Below, one piece after another: positions 1 through 12,800 of a stretch of 64,000 nucleotides of DNA. This DNA comes from the human T2T-CHM13v2.0 reference genome, Homo sapiens. The notes beneath the pieces are model-generated. The model saw only the letters and a list, made by a program, of their open reading frames with translations, did not search any database and was not told where the DNA came from. A program made the position numbers and the translations under genes. Position 1 is the stretch's first letter; each line of letters starts with the position of its first letter. Location: the NCBI RefSeq assembly GCF_009914755.1, contig NC_060935.1; one strand, written 5' to 3'.

Positions 1-344
1 AATAATGGATTTAATTTGAAGTAACATAAAAATCAGTTTAAATAGCAGCAGGGGGGAAACTTTTTAAGAAGTGCTGACTTTAAGAACCACCAAAAAACAG
101 GAATAACTGAGAGCTGTAGAAATACACAAAAATATTTCAACTCTTGACCAAACCAAAAATTAACAAATATGGTTTAAAATTTAGAGGCACATGAACCATT
201 AAAAACCTGTTGAAAAAACAAAAAAAATAAGCAAACAAATATATATGGTGGGACCACAAGCTAGCCTAAGTCATTTTTATGTATTCTTAAACTACATAGG
301 TGCTAAGTTATTTCCATAAAAACATTACTTTTATTCTTTTAATA

Positions 345-600
345 TATTAACAAAATATTTTTCAAACATAAAGAGAAAATTAAAGAATAGCACAGTGAAC
401 GTGTATATTTGCCAAATAGATTTAAGAATTAAATATTAAAAATTTTAAATTTTATATTTAAAATTCTAGATTGAAGAATATAAATGTTCATTCTGTATTT
501 AAAATATAAATATTTCAGCATATTTGTTTTCCTTTTTTTATTCCTGTTTGCAACAACTCTCAGATATCTTGACACTTCACCTACTCTATCATTCATCTGA
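345..600 (-). mobile_element. Degraded L1MC-like 3' end fragment
   Basis: ttcaaacataaagagaaaattaaagaatagcacagtgaac resembles the antisense 3' terminus of L1MC4/5; boundaries approximate. Confidence 0.4.
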
Positions 601-1310
601 AGAATTTGCAGTTAAGAAATTAAATAATAATATCACTAACCAAATTCATCCTTTCTACTTCTCAGGTTTTCTTTTAGTCTTTGTGAATTGAAGCACATTC
701 TGCATTTAGTTAGTCCACAATTAATAAAACCACTTGGTTATAACTACGTTAGAGGAAAGCATGCTACAGTTTCTTCATTCTGCAATAGGTACTTCAGTTC
801 ATTGCAGATTATAAATTCTGCCAATAGCTTATTCACAGGAATATCAAAGAACCTCTATGTCTGAAAAGCATGTAAGTTCATAACGATGTAATGATCTGCC
901 ACGGCCACTGAATGCAACTTTACTGTGAGTTTTATGGGTGTATGACTCTTGTCTTTTTCATCTTGTGCACATGAAAATAACAGGCCTCTGCGGTCACTCT
1001 GGACAATGATGTAGCTTTGCAAGCTTTTATTATAACGAGAACTTCCTTCACATCATCATGATTTTTTTCTAGCTACTAAGAGTAGTTTATATACATCTTT
1101 GCTTTTTGCATTTTGTCAGTCTCTCAGCTGGTGTCCCAGTTGTTGGACTTCTTAACCACCTTTTCTAGTTAGAAGGCTGTCTGTTAGCTCCTTGCTAGGA
1201 CAGGTACTCAAACAAACTACCACAGAATAGCTTGAAGTTGAACCACAGGGGTTCAACTTCTCTGATGGGCCTTGGAAGCTGCAGGTGGGGAGAAGGGAAA
1301 GGTACCTGGT

Positions 1311-1432
1311 CTCCCTGTCCCCTTCCCTCCCCTTCCCTCTTGTCTCCTACCCTCTCCTCTTTTCTTCCTTTTCTCCCTCCCTCTTTCCTTACCTCTGTCC
1401 CTACTTCTCTTCCTTCCTTCCTCTTTCTCTTA
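1311..1432. repeat. CT-rich low-complexity (polypyrimidine) tract
   Basis: Near-pure C/T run (ccttccctccccttccctc...). Confidence 0.85.
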
Positions 1433-1620
1433 GTTTTTATTTAAAAAATCAAAACTAGAAGAAAACTGAAATAATACTATAATGAACAACCACATAGCTT
1501 CACAAGGTTCTCAAATATTTACCATTTGCCACATTTGCTTTTCTTTGAAACCTGTGCACATATGTGTGGATGTGTACTTTTCTTTAAAAGTTTGCTTCGG
1601 GCATGCTGAAACTTCATGAA
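1433..1620 (-). mobile_element. Degraded L1MC-like 3' end fragment
   Basis: ataatgaacaaccacatagcttcac...catttgccacatttgctt motif typical of L1MC4/5 3' ends. Confidence 0.45.
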
Positions 1621-2317
1621 TTGGACACTTAACAACCCTTCGTGGCTTCATTATGATTGTATTTACCATATTTGGTTACATATTTCAAAGAAAAACTGCA
1701 GAGAAATAATTTTGTTGTAACTTTTTTATTTCATGAAGGGCAGCGTGTCTTGAATTTCTCAAAAGACAAATTTTTGTCTATATTTTTTTAATTATATAAT
1801 AACAAAAATACTTAATGTACAAAATCACCAGTATAACACATCTCAGCGCAGAAGTATAACATGCTGTAAGGCATAAGATAGAGCATATAGTTGACAAAAT
1901 GTCATTTGTAATATTTCCAAATTTACTTGATGATAATGCATTATCTGGTCTTTCTCTTGAGCCAGCTCATTACTACGAGGTTAGCTCTCAGGTTCTGACT
2001 TGTAGACCATTAATGGCTTCAGAATATTCACTGACCTTACCTCTTCCTCATTTTGCTCATTGATCCTGTAATGGAGTTTCTGTCTTTCTAGGATATGACG
2101 TCTTCTGAAACTAGACTACCACATCACTTTTCCCTTAGTCTTTGTTTTATGATTGCATGTGAAAGTTTAGTCACTTTCCAACTCTGCTAGTTGTCTTTAA
2201 GGGGAACAAAACTAAAAAGAGTGCTGCTAGAAAATATCAAGGGTGACTTCACTCTTGTGCTTATAAATGAGGAAAGAGGTTTTAGGGAAAGGCAAAATGA
2301 GGAATGGAAAAACTAGA

Positions 2318-2787
2318 ATGCACACGTATGTTTATTGCGGCATTATTCACAATAGCAAAGACTTGGAACCAAGCCAAATGTCCAACAATGATAGACTGGA
2401 TTAAGAAAATGTGGCACATATACACCATGGAATACTATGCAGCCATAAAAAATGATGAGTTCATGTCCTTTGTAGGGACATGGATGAAATTGGAAATCAT
2501 CATTCTCAGTAAGCTATCGCAAGAACAAAAACCCAAACACCGCATATTCTCACTCATAGGTGGGAATTGAACAATGAGATCACATGGACACAGGAAGGGG
2601 AATATCACACTCTGGGGACTGTTGTGGGGTCGGGGGAGGGGGGAGGGATAGCATTGGGAGATATACCTAATGCTAGATGACGAGTTAGTGGGTGCAGCGC
2701 ACCAGCATGTCACATGTATACATATGTAACTAACCTGCACAATGTGCACATGTACCCTAAAACTTAAAGTATAATAAAAAAAAAAAA
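2318..2787 (+). mobile_element. 5'-truncated young LINE-1 3' end, L1PA2-like
   Basis: ORF2p C-terminus ([18 protein letters not shown]...SLIGGN), G-rich 3'UTR, GAG at the Ta/preTa diagnostic site (gatgacGAGttagtggg), poly(A) ending at 2787. Confidence 0.95.
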
Positions 2788-3522
2788 CAGTAAGAGTCGA
2801 TCTTGAGTAGAATCAATTTAAAATAAATAAAACAGTTTAGAACTTAAGGAATAAAGGGCAAAGAGATAAGGAGGAACAGATAACAATAGATGTTTTCCAG
2901 AGGACAGGAGCTGATAGGCTGTGTACCCATGAATATTAGACAGTCAAGTGATTCATTGGAAGGAAGAGAGGTAAGAAAGTTTGATTTATATTTGGCATCC
3001 AGATCATTACTCTAAAATACAAAATGTTCATGTATACCTTACGTCTGTTAAAACTTGATGTGATCAGGTTATAATAATAAAAATATTGTCCGTCAAATTT
3101 TGGAATGTCTCTACATATGAAATAGGGGTGAGATAGGGATGAGAATCTATTCTGTAGACTTTATTAGCTTTCCCAAGCGTTTTACGTCTTCCGTTGCCTC
3201 TTGGGTTCCACTATATATGTATGTTGGAAAGATGTTAAAATAAGTGAGAACTGGACATTACAGAAGACAAACTCAATTTATTTGCTTTTGTTTCTGATTT
3301 GGCATTTATCTGTAAACTACCTTTCCTTGGGCCTAACTTTTCATTCTCATGTCTTGTTTTTTTTCAGGATATTAAGCTCCTTTAGTGCAATAATTAAATA
3401 CTGCACATATTCATCTACCTTTGCATTATACCAATAATAATTCCTCAATAAGTGTTTTTTGAAAGAATGAGTTACAATATAAAATTAAGAGCAAAAAATA
3501 TTTCCCAAATCCACATAGAGCT

Positions 3523-3573
3523 AAAAACAAAAACAAAAACAAAAAAAAACAAGAACAACAAACAAACAAAAAA
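3523..3573. repeat. A-rich simple repeat (AAAAAC/AAAC)n
   Basis: aaaaacaaaaacaaaaacaaaaaaaaacaagaacaacaaacaaac. Confidence 0.85.
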
Positions 3574-3589
3574 CCTTGGAACATGGAAA

Positions 3590-4075
3590 TCTGGGGCATT
3601 CCTTTTTGCCTACACAATGCATTTTAAACTTCTTAGTATGACCCTTCACAGTCATGCATCATGTCCTAGTACTCTCCACTTCAGCATTCACTCTGTACTT
3701 TCAAACACTAAACTATTTGCCATCCCACAATATACTGTGGACTTTCTTGCTTCCCTGATATGTCTTCTGTTTGGGATATTTCAGCACTATAATTTTTCTG
3801 CCACCCAAAAGTCTGCTTCTCTTTTCATGCCCTCTCAAATGTTCGCTCCTTTGTAAGTCCTTCCTGACCACCACCAGCAAAATTCATTTTTCCCTAATCT
3901 ATGAAACCATATATATATGGATATTATTGTACATAACATGTAGATATAAGTTCATTGTGTAATATATGATTAACCAGGTGGATAACTGATATCGTTTAAT
4001 GTCCATGTTTTATATGTAATTTTATCTCGTGCCTATTTTCATACTGGACACATAATAGAAATGTCAGTCAAAACC
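3590..4075 (+). mobile_element. Degraded L2 3' region
   Basis: aaacttcttagtatgaccc...aagtccttcctgaccacc motifs resemble L2. Confidence 0.45.
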
Positions 4076-4093
4076 ATTAACTCCACTTTTGTC

Positions 4094-4235
4094 TCACTTT
4101 TCTCCAGTGCAACCATATCTTGCACTTGTCCTAGAAAAAAGTAGGAGAAGGCTGCTTCAAAAGGAGAACAGGACTGGATTCTTTCAAATTATTCCCTTGA
4201 TGGCTTTGATATTGCAGGGGCAATGGAATACAGTT
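4094..4235 (+). repeat. Left arm (probable donor) of a 142-bp inverted repeat
   Basis: Reverse complement of 4784-4925 with 2 mismatches in 142 bp. Confidence 0.97.
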
Positions 4236-4504
4236 GCAAACTCACCATTCATTATTTTCAACAAGAGTTCTATGCTCTAATTGAATGTTTTACAACTACG
4301 TGTGAACTGAAGAGCTAATCTATCACACTTCAAGATCAGCTTAGTTTAAATACCAAATCTAAGGAATGGCACAAAAAACTTGACCTCCTATACCAGTGAC
4401 AATTGTGGAAGCCCTAATTGATCTTGAAATCATTATCTAGCTTCATAGACATGGATCTTAATTTTTTAACTGTAGTATTAGTTTAGTTATTCTTATTTCA
4501 GCCC

Positions 4505-5015
4505 CCAGCTTTATTGGGGTATACATGACAAATAAAAATTTTATATATTTAATGTGTACAATGTGATGATTTGATATATGCATACACTGTGAAATTATTA
4601 CTATCCACTTAATTAACATATTAATTAACATATTTATCACCTCACATAGTTCACATCATTTTGTGTATGATGAGAACATTTAAGATCTCCCTTAGCAAAT
4701 TTCAAGTATACAATACAGTACTATTAACTACAGTCACCATGCTATGATTTGATCCCCAGAACTTGTCCATCTGGTGATTTTTTAACTGTATTCCATTGCC
4801 CCTGCAATATCAAAGCCATCAAGGGAATAATTTGAAAGAATCCAGTCCTGTTCTCCTTTTGAAGGAGCCTTCTCCTACTTTTTTCTAGGACAAGTGCAAG
4901 ATATGGTTGCACTGGAGGAAAGTGAAGGTTTGTAACCTTTGACCATCATTTTCCTATTTCTCACACATACCCAGCCCCTGTACTATTCTACTCTCTGCCT
5001 CTATTAGTTATTTTT
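4505..5015 (-). mobile_element. L1MA9/L1MB-like 3' end, interrupted at ~4771-4925
   Basis: ctttattggggtata...gcaaatttcaagtatacaatacagt...ccagaactt...tttgtaacctttgacc is the antisense L1MA/MB 3' terminus. Confidence 0.85.
4784..4925 (-). repeat. Right arm (inserted copy) of the 142-bp inverted repeat
   Basis: Inverted copy of 4094-4235 embedded in L1M sequence. Confidence 0.97.
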
Positions 5016-6194
5016 ATTGATATTTTCTCTCTGACTATGTTAAATTCTATTTGCATATATTTGTATAAAATAAATGCAAATTAATAAAGTGTATTTTGAG
5101 AAATGTAAGTGGTAAGCATTTTGGAATAGTCAGGTGCCCTTTCAACACATACTTTTGCCATTTGCACTGCTGTTGTGAAAAAACAAATTAAGATTGGAAG
5201 GTTTCTTTGTAATCTAACTTAAATCAGACAGATTTTGTACTGTTTCATCAACACTTGGATATCCCAGTGGATTATTTATTACTTTAAGAATATTTTATAA
5301 TATTTTATTGGATTTCTTTAACCTCTGATTGTCCAGCGCTTGGGCTTAGTGGTGAGAATATTAATGCTAAATAAATTAATCATAATAATTGGGCTTAAGA
5401 CATAATGGCACCAAAAGGTTAATCGAACAGTCTCTATCATGGTGACAAGATGGATTAATGATTTACTTGTTCGTAGGGCCCTGATTTTGATTGATTTTTT
5501 TCAAACACATGCTTTATTTGTATGTTAAAGAGGTAAAGCTTTGCTGTTTGTTGCTGTTAGAAAGAAAGATCTGATAATGTTAATAATAACATTTCTCTAT
5601 GGAAATGGAAGCAAAGAAGATTCGTCTATGGAAGAAGTTAGCATACTAACAACAATTTGATTTCTTTATTTAGTTGAATTATTTTGTAGGAGTATATATA
5701 GACCAAAAACAAGAACAAACAAAAATTTCAACAACAAATCCAAACAAAAACATGGATTCAACACTATATACGAAATGCTGTCATCACTCACCCCTGTATT
5801 TTATGTACTTCCATTCCCTTCACAGCACTATATTTTCCCTTTTGTTTGTCTTACAGTGTTGTAGGTTATATAGGATAAAGCAGGACTCTGAAATTCCATT
5901 TTCAATGAACACATGGGAGCTTTTGAATTAGATTTTCTGTTGTCTTGTGTCTTGTCACACCCAGTGGGAGTTCTCCTGGGTTGTAAATGAGAGAGGGTAA
6001 TTAGACAATTCTTCATAAAACCTTGTTATAGAGTACATAGAGGTGTGAAAACTTCAGATCCATAAAGGCTATTGGGTAGGGATGATCCTGGAAGGAGAAG
6101 CTTCTGAGATGGAAAACACCAGTTTAAATGATTTTGTATCACTTTCATCATTGAAGATACACTCCTTCAATCACCACCACCTTAGTCTGGCAGG

Positions 6195-6340
6195 GGTGTT
6201 TAATTATTGTTTTCTCCTTTGTCTCATTTTACTAATGAAGAACTAAGGCCCAGAAAAGTAAACTGACTTTTCAAAAATCATAAGCAGTATGAGAAATCTA
6301 GGAATAGACTTCTATTACCCTGCTACCTGGATGAGTATTT
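6195..6340 (-). mobile_element. MIR
   Basis: cattttactaatgaagaactaaggcccagaaaag matches the antisense MIR core. Confidence 0.7.
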
Positions 6341-6449
6341 TTAAAACATCACTCTATTTCAGAGTTTGCTTCTTGGAGGGTATAGCCTAGGTACCATTTA
6401 TCTGATCATGTTCTTCTGTTTACATCTAAAGCATCTAGGGACAGAAAGG

Positions 6450-6665
6450 CAGTACATATAATTTAATAACATGGACTCCTTCCAGATTGCCTGGGTTTGA
6501 ATATTGGCTCTTGGAAAAGTACTTTACATTTATGTTATTATTTCTCTCTCTATAAAAGAGATAGTAAGAATTTTAACTACCTCATAGAGTTTTCATTAGA
6601 ATTAATTAATGTAAAGCATCTGAAATTGAGCTTAGCATCTATTAAATGCTTTATAGGTATTACTT
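6450..6665 (+). mobile_element. MIR
   Basis: ccagattgcctgggtttgaat...actacctcatagag...atgtaaagca. Confidence 0.7.
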
Positions 6666-6715
6666 GTTAACATTAGGAAGGCATGGACTTATTTTGACAT
6701 TAGTTTATGCCATCA

Positions 6716-7086
6716 TTATGGACTGAATTCCCTCAAATTCATATGTTGAAGCCTCTATCTCCAATATAACTCTATTTAGAGATAGGACCTATGAGAAGGT
6801 AATAAAAGTTCAAAGAGATCAAAAGAGTGGGGCCTTAATCCAACAGGACTGGTGATCTTATAGTAACAGGAAGAGACACCAGAGATTTCTCCCTTGTCTG
6901 AGTGTGCACAGAGGAAAAGCCATGTGAGGACACAGTAGAGATGTCAGTCTTCTACAAGCCAAAAGGAGAGCCCTTACTGACAATCAAACTGGCTGGCACC
7001 TTGATCTTGAACTTCCAACCTCCAGAACTGTGAGAAAATTAATTTCTGTTGTTTAAACCACCCAATTTGTGTCATTATGTCAGCCA
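6716..7086 (+). mobile_element. MLT1A-family MaLR solo LTR
   Basis: tatggactgaatt...aaattcatatgttgaag start; ggcaccttgatcttgaacttccaacctccagaactgtgaga near end. Confidence 0.9.
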
Positions 7087-8184
7087 TCATAGGGGATTAT
7101 TTCACATGGGAAGTTCTGAATCTCTGTCTAATCGACCTAGACCAGGGTCTAGTTGCTACAGTAAATTTTTGCATGCTTCCTTCAGAAACGTGCTTTTCTT
7201 TTTAGTTTTCCCTTCGTATATGAAATTTCTAAGGTAATCTTTTTCAAGATTGTGATCATGTGGAGAAACAAATTTTGTTCTCAAATTTCTAGGGCTTGGT
7301 TTAGGTAGAAATGTCCTCTAGGCCTAATTGTTTTGAGATTCTCAAATTTGGGTGTGGGTTGAATAGTTTCAGCGTTTCAACACATTTCTAGAAATTTAGC
7401 CCAAAAGCAAATCAGTGAAAAGCATTTCTTTTTCTACTGTGTTGTTACAATTAGGAAAACTGCAAATTCCTGTATTACTGGCAGATGGCAGCCCTGTGCT
7501 GCTAGTAAGAAAGAATAGGGTCTGAGTTACAGACCACAGCCTCCTTGACTCTGTACACTGATCAGTGAACAGGTTACTCTAGCAAAAAGTCAAATATGTG
7601 ACATTTTAGATAGCTTAACAAAATTTATTGTTGAAATAGTTACTTATAAAAAGAGGAGACAGTCTACACTAATGTCTAGTTTTCACAAGAAATATTCCCA
7701 CAATGGTAAAGATTTAGAGTAAGAAGACATAAGCTTATTACCTGTGTGTTCCATCTAGTAGCTGCAAGTTCTTGAAAGGAGTCACTCTAAGTTAAAACTC
7801 ACATAATCTGTAAAATGAAGAAAATAAAGATGTTTTCCACAAGGTTATTCATAGGAGCAACTTAGTGATTGCTGGAAAGTATTGCTTTTAATTTTTTCAC
7901 CACGGGTCCTTATTTTGAAAAGAGGATTAATTCTTATCTGTTAGGCTAGAAAAGTAGCCCAAATAGACAGTACAAAAGTAAAATGCCAATGAAGTCTTCC
8001 TGTGTGGTTTTGAAAACAAATTCCTTCCACTCCATAGTGTAACCACATTTGTGTAAATGTAAAATTAAAGGTTTAGGTGACTTATTAAATAAACTGCTAG
8101 ACTTATGTAGTAACATATGAAGTCCTAATACTGTATCTTGTACATAATAGGCATTCAGTAATTAGTAGCTCTTTTATTACTATA

Positions 8185-8375
8185 TATATGCCATAGCCAG
8201 GAACTTTACAAGGGTAATGTTGTTTCATCTTCACAATACCCAGTTAAGTTTGTATCATATCTGCAATTTACATTTAAGAAAACAACCCTTGCGATGAGTG
8301 ATGATAAAAAAGCTTGCCCAAGGTCACATAAACTGTAAATGGAGGAGCCAGAATTTGAATTCAAATCTTACTTTC
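8185..8375 (-). mobile_element. MIR
   Basis: cttgcccaaggtcacata...ggagccagaatttgaattc. Confidence 0.75.
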
Positions 8376-9009
8376 TGTGGCACAAATGAATTGTGATTTA
8401 AAGAAAATTGCTTAAAGTCTCTGAGCCTGGGGCGATTAATGTGTCACTTGGATAGATTACCTTCCCTGGCTGACTACAAAATGATGCTGCATGTAGAAAT
8501 TTAGGTAACTAAGACTCGCTACGGCTAAATAATTACTGTCGAAGGATATTGAATAAAAGTTTTCTATTGACTGATGTCCCAAAGCATATAAAAAAACACA
8601 GTAAGTGCTCCCATATTCTAGACAGAGCTAGTAGATGCTTCTTTGTTAGGAGGTGGCCACACTGTTCTTTTTAGCTTCACCAGCAATACCCTTTCAGCCT
8701 CCATAAGCAGAGACTACAAATGGGGAAGTTCTAGAAGAGTGGTGCAAAAGCCTAGAACATTCTTAGGATTTTTATCCCTCTTTCTCAGGCAACTGAGATC
8801 ATGTGTAGAGATAAGGGGTGCTCATGCAAAAGTAAGACTAAAATCACATTGTCTGAGTAGATGCTTGCAGAGGTACGGGAGCTCACTGGAGTTCAATGAG
8901 AGCTCTGAAGAGCTTCAATATGTTGAAAGCACACAGGAACATACAACGTAGGACATACCTAAACACAAAGACTGGTGTCTGTTTATTGCCTGAGGGGTTT
9001 TGAAAGTGG

Positions 9010-9270
9010 AAGCTAGCTGGAATAGTTGGAGCAGACCACGTAGGTCACAATATTTTGAAGTAAAACTTTTTATTGCATTCAGGGAAGATAAAGAGATATT
9101 GATGTTTCTGTTTTGTTTTGCTTTTCAGAGAGATGTGGGATGATTTAGCTTGAGATCATGGTGGCTACTGCATGAGGATGAGGCTATCAGGTGAAGTAGA
9201 AGCAGTGATACCTTCAGAAGATTATTGCAATGAATGGTGAGGTTTGATCTAGAGTTGTAGCAGTTCAGAT
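9010..9270 (-). mobile_element. Degraded L2 fragment
   Basis: gagatcatggtggctactg...gaagattattgcaatg resembles antisense L2. Confidence 0.45.
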
Positions 9271-9758
9271 CTACATTTCTCTCTCTTCCTGCATTTTAAT
9301 ATTTCCTTGGAAATTAGATGAAAATAATTAGACATTTTGGATGACAATTATTACTAAATTATGAACAATTAACAGATTTAATGAGCTTGGGATGGGAAAA
9401 AGGACTACTATGTGCTTTTGTTCCTAATGGGTGAGGAGCTTTTGATTTCAGGGACCTTGATAATGCACTTAATTTCCTCATTCTGCCAGTACAAGGGTAG
9501 GCATTTGTCATATTGTTGGCATTCTGTTCTTTCTAGAGGGACAAAAGAAACCTATGGGTGTCTTTAGTAGGCTAGTAAATTGCCCCAGCCTGCCCTCCAA
9601 CTTCAAATACATAATCATCAAATATTTATTTAACATTTACTAAATGAAAATGTAAGAACAGCATGAGGAATGGAGGATGAAGATGGCTTTGGTGATAGCA
9701 CTCAACCTCCTCTCCACAATTTAGGAAAACCAAAGTTATAGCATTTCAGAATACTTTT

Positions 9759-10153
<395 letters not shown>

Positions 10154-11144
10154 TGAGACATACGTTTTACTCTATTCTAACAAATCCTTTTCTGTAATTT
10201 GAGAGTACTGGTAATATTTTCAGGCTTCTTTTAAGTCAGTGTTCAGAGAACCTGTCTGGTTGTCTTGCTGTTTAATCTAGTTCTTCTAATAGTGTGCTAG
10301 TTTTTCGTGATTTGCTTAATATTTTTGTGTTCAAGAAGGATGAACTTCACACCATTTGACTAACTGGTAAGTATAGACTGTGGTGACCAAAAATTTTAAT
10401 GAGACTGTGGCCATCAGGAAGTCAGCACTTGCAGCATTTTCAAAGTCTGTGCAAAAAATAAAACAGATCTGAGTTATATTTCATTTTAGCACATTGAGGA
10501 ATTTCCCAAATGGAACCAAGGTTTCAAGCAGATACTTCACAAAATCCAACATAAAATCAGGAATAGTATGAAGACAATAGTTTTGAATGAAGACATCATG
10601 TTCTTTGATGTTAAGTATATATTTTATATATAGGATAGTAGGCACATGATATTCAGATAGAAAAATTAGACAATGGGAAACATTTTCCAATTGACCCTTT
10701 CCTACACACACACCATTCCTCTCATTTTAGACCTGCTGCTAATTTCAAAATCCTACAGGCATTAAAGATGCTAAGGAGGGTCTTGCAAATTAGCCTCTAT
10801 TATGTGATCAGAAGAAAAGAGCTGAAGAAAGTAGAGAGATCATTAATCTTAGAATTTGTCTTGAGGTCACCTTTGCTGAAAGTGGGAGCCCAGACAGGAA
10901 GTGGGAAGTTTGAGAAACCTCACATTTAGATGTATTAATGCAGAAACTGATGGAACAAGAAATTTTTTCATCATCCATCACTGACTATCTGTATATTACT
11001 GAATTTTACGGTGAGGAAACCTGTACTGTACCTTCAACATACCAGGCTTTTACCAAAAAAAAATTGTATATGTAGCCTTACCCTCTCTTACTATCTGGTT
11101 AAAACAATTCAAAGTACATTTCTAGAAAGAGAGAAATGGAGTAG

Positions 11145-11345
11145 TGACCAGTATGAGTTTGGAGTTTTTGAATTTGGCAATGTCCCTGACTTCCTTATTT
11201 ATTGTTTTGAAAAGTTCTTAACTTTTTTCTCTCTGCAGAATTAGAATAATAACACATAATCACATTATTTTTTGGAGGATTAAGTGAGATAATATTTATA
11301 AATTGTTCAGCACATTGAGTAATGATAGCTATTAGAATCATTAGA
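11145..11345 (+). mobile_element. MIR
   Basis: ggaggattaagtgagataatatttataaa...cagcacat...gatagctatta 3' MIR tail. Confidence 0.6.
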
Positions 11346-12245
11346 GTAATCAATCAGCCATGAGATCAAAATTCTGTTTCTCTCTTTTCTAGTTAAGACC
11401 AATTGAATATTGTTGTTGTTGTTGTTGTTTTTCCAAGAGGGCAGATTAAAGGCCTTTAGTGTGTCTCAGGCACTTGGAAATAGCAAGATGGCTCATAAAG
11501 ATGAACTCTGTGAACTGTAATTCAAGAAGGAAAATGAGAATCCACCAGAATCTTGAAGGACACACCTGATCCTGGAGAGGAGAACACTGGCAAACAGCCA
11601 CTGTAACGGCGTCTGGCTGATAAAAGTGAGTGAAGCCCAGTACATGAGAGAGGCAGAGTCTTTCTCTGTAATTCACCTTTGCACTGTAGATCCAAGTGAC
11701 CCATGCCGAGGGAGAGCAGTTTGCTTCTCCCAAGCCCTGAAGTCAACTTGGGGAGAGGCTTGGGAATGCTGTGAAAGAAAGATATTAGGAAGAACTGCAA
11801 ACATTTTCCAAGACCCAGGGCTAAGAGCAGAATGCCATTTTCAATCTGGGTGCATACAAAGTCAGCCATTCTTTGGCAACCTGACAGCATGGCTGCACAC
11901 ACATTTTAATCTCAGGCTAGAGATTGGAGCTCCTGCTCTGGTGCAGGGTAAGGGTTTCTACAGTCAGAACTGTGGAAAGTGCCTCAGCAGTAGCTGCTGG
12001 AATTGTGCTCTCTCCTATTACAAGCCTGGGGTGGGAGGAGAGCTGCTACAGCTAGTTTTTCCCAGGTGGCAAGACTTGCAGCCAGGGCCAGCTTGGCAAC
12101 TGAGAACTGATCTGCATGAGACATTGCTGGGTGCCTAGATCTGCTCCGCTGAGATTGTGTTTTACTGCCTGGATAAAACAATACACAGTATGTTTCTGGA
12201 GAGAAATGCAGTTTGGCCCTCACTACTTCACTCTTAGAGAGAAAT

Positions 12246-12800
12246 CCAGGCATTTGGAACACCTGCTTGCCTAGACCAGCAGCTTGAGCTTCCTAACCTG
12301 TTACGGACATTGATTGTGGTGCATCAGGACCTCTCCACTCCACACCCAGGCAAATCTCCAGGCATTCAGAGCACCTGCTTACCTGGGTCAGCAGTCTGTC
12401 CCACCCCACCCTTCCTGTGCAGAGATCCTGGTGCAGGGAGTCCCTCTCAGCTTCATGCCCAGGCAGATCCCCAGACATTTGGAACACCCATTATTCTGGT
12501 TCAGTAGCCTGAGCCACCCTACCCTACCTGGACATAAGTCATGGTGCAGTGCACTTTGCTCTGCACCCAAGCAGAATGTCCAGATATTTAGAGCACCAGC
12601 TTGCCTGGATCAGCAGCCCGAGTCACCCCAAAACTCCTGTGCAGAGATCCTGTTGCAGGGGTCCTCTGTTCACACCATGCCCACGTAGATCTCTGGACAT
12701 CTGGAGCACCCACACGCCTGGATTAGGAGTTTAGGCCACCCCCAATCCCTATGCACAGAACTCGGGGCTGAGGAGGTTTCTCAGCTCCACACTTAGGCAC
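12246..12800 (+). repeat. ~112-bp tandem array (about 5 units) in the L1 5'UTR
   Basis: Unit anchors ccaggcatttggaacacc and variants at 12246, 12358, 12471, 12580, 12693. Confidence 0.85.

Noticed and set aside
839-871. Possible 33-nt plus-strand micro-exon (cacag|GAATAT...AAGCAT|gtaagt)
   Set aside because: Weak pyrimidine tract, peptide (EYQRTSMSEKH) not recognised, and no partner exons.
11522-12734. Cluster of 60-170 aa ORFs on both strands
   Set aside because: They lie in the GC-richer L1 5'UTR, where stops are rarer; no recognisable domain.
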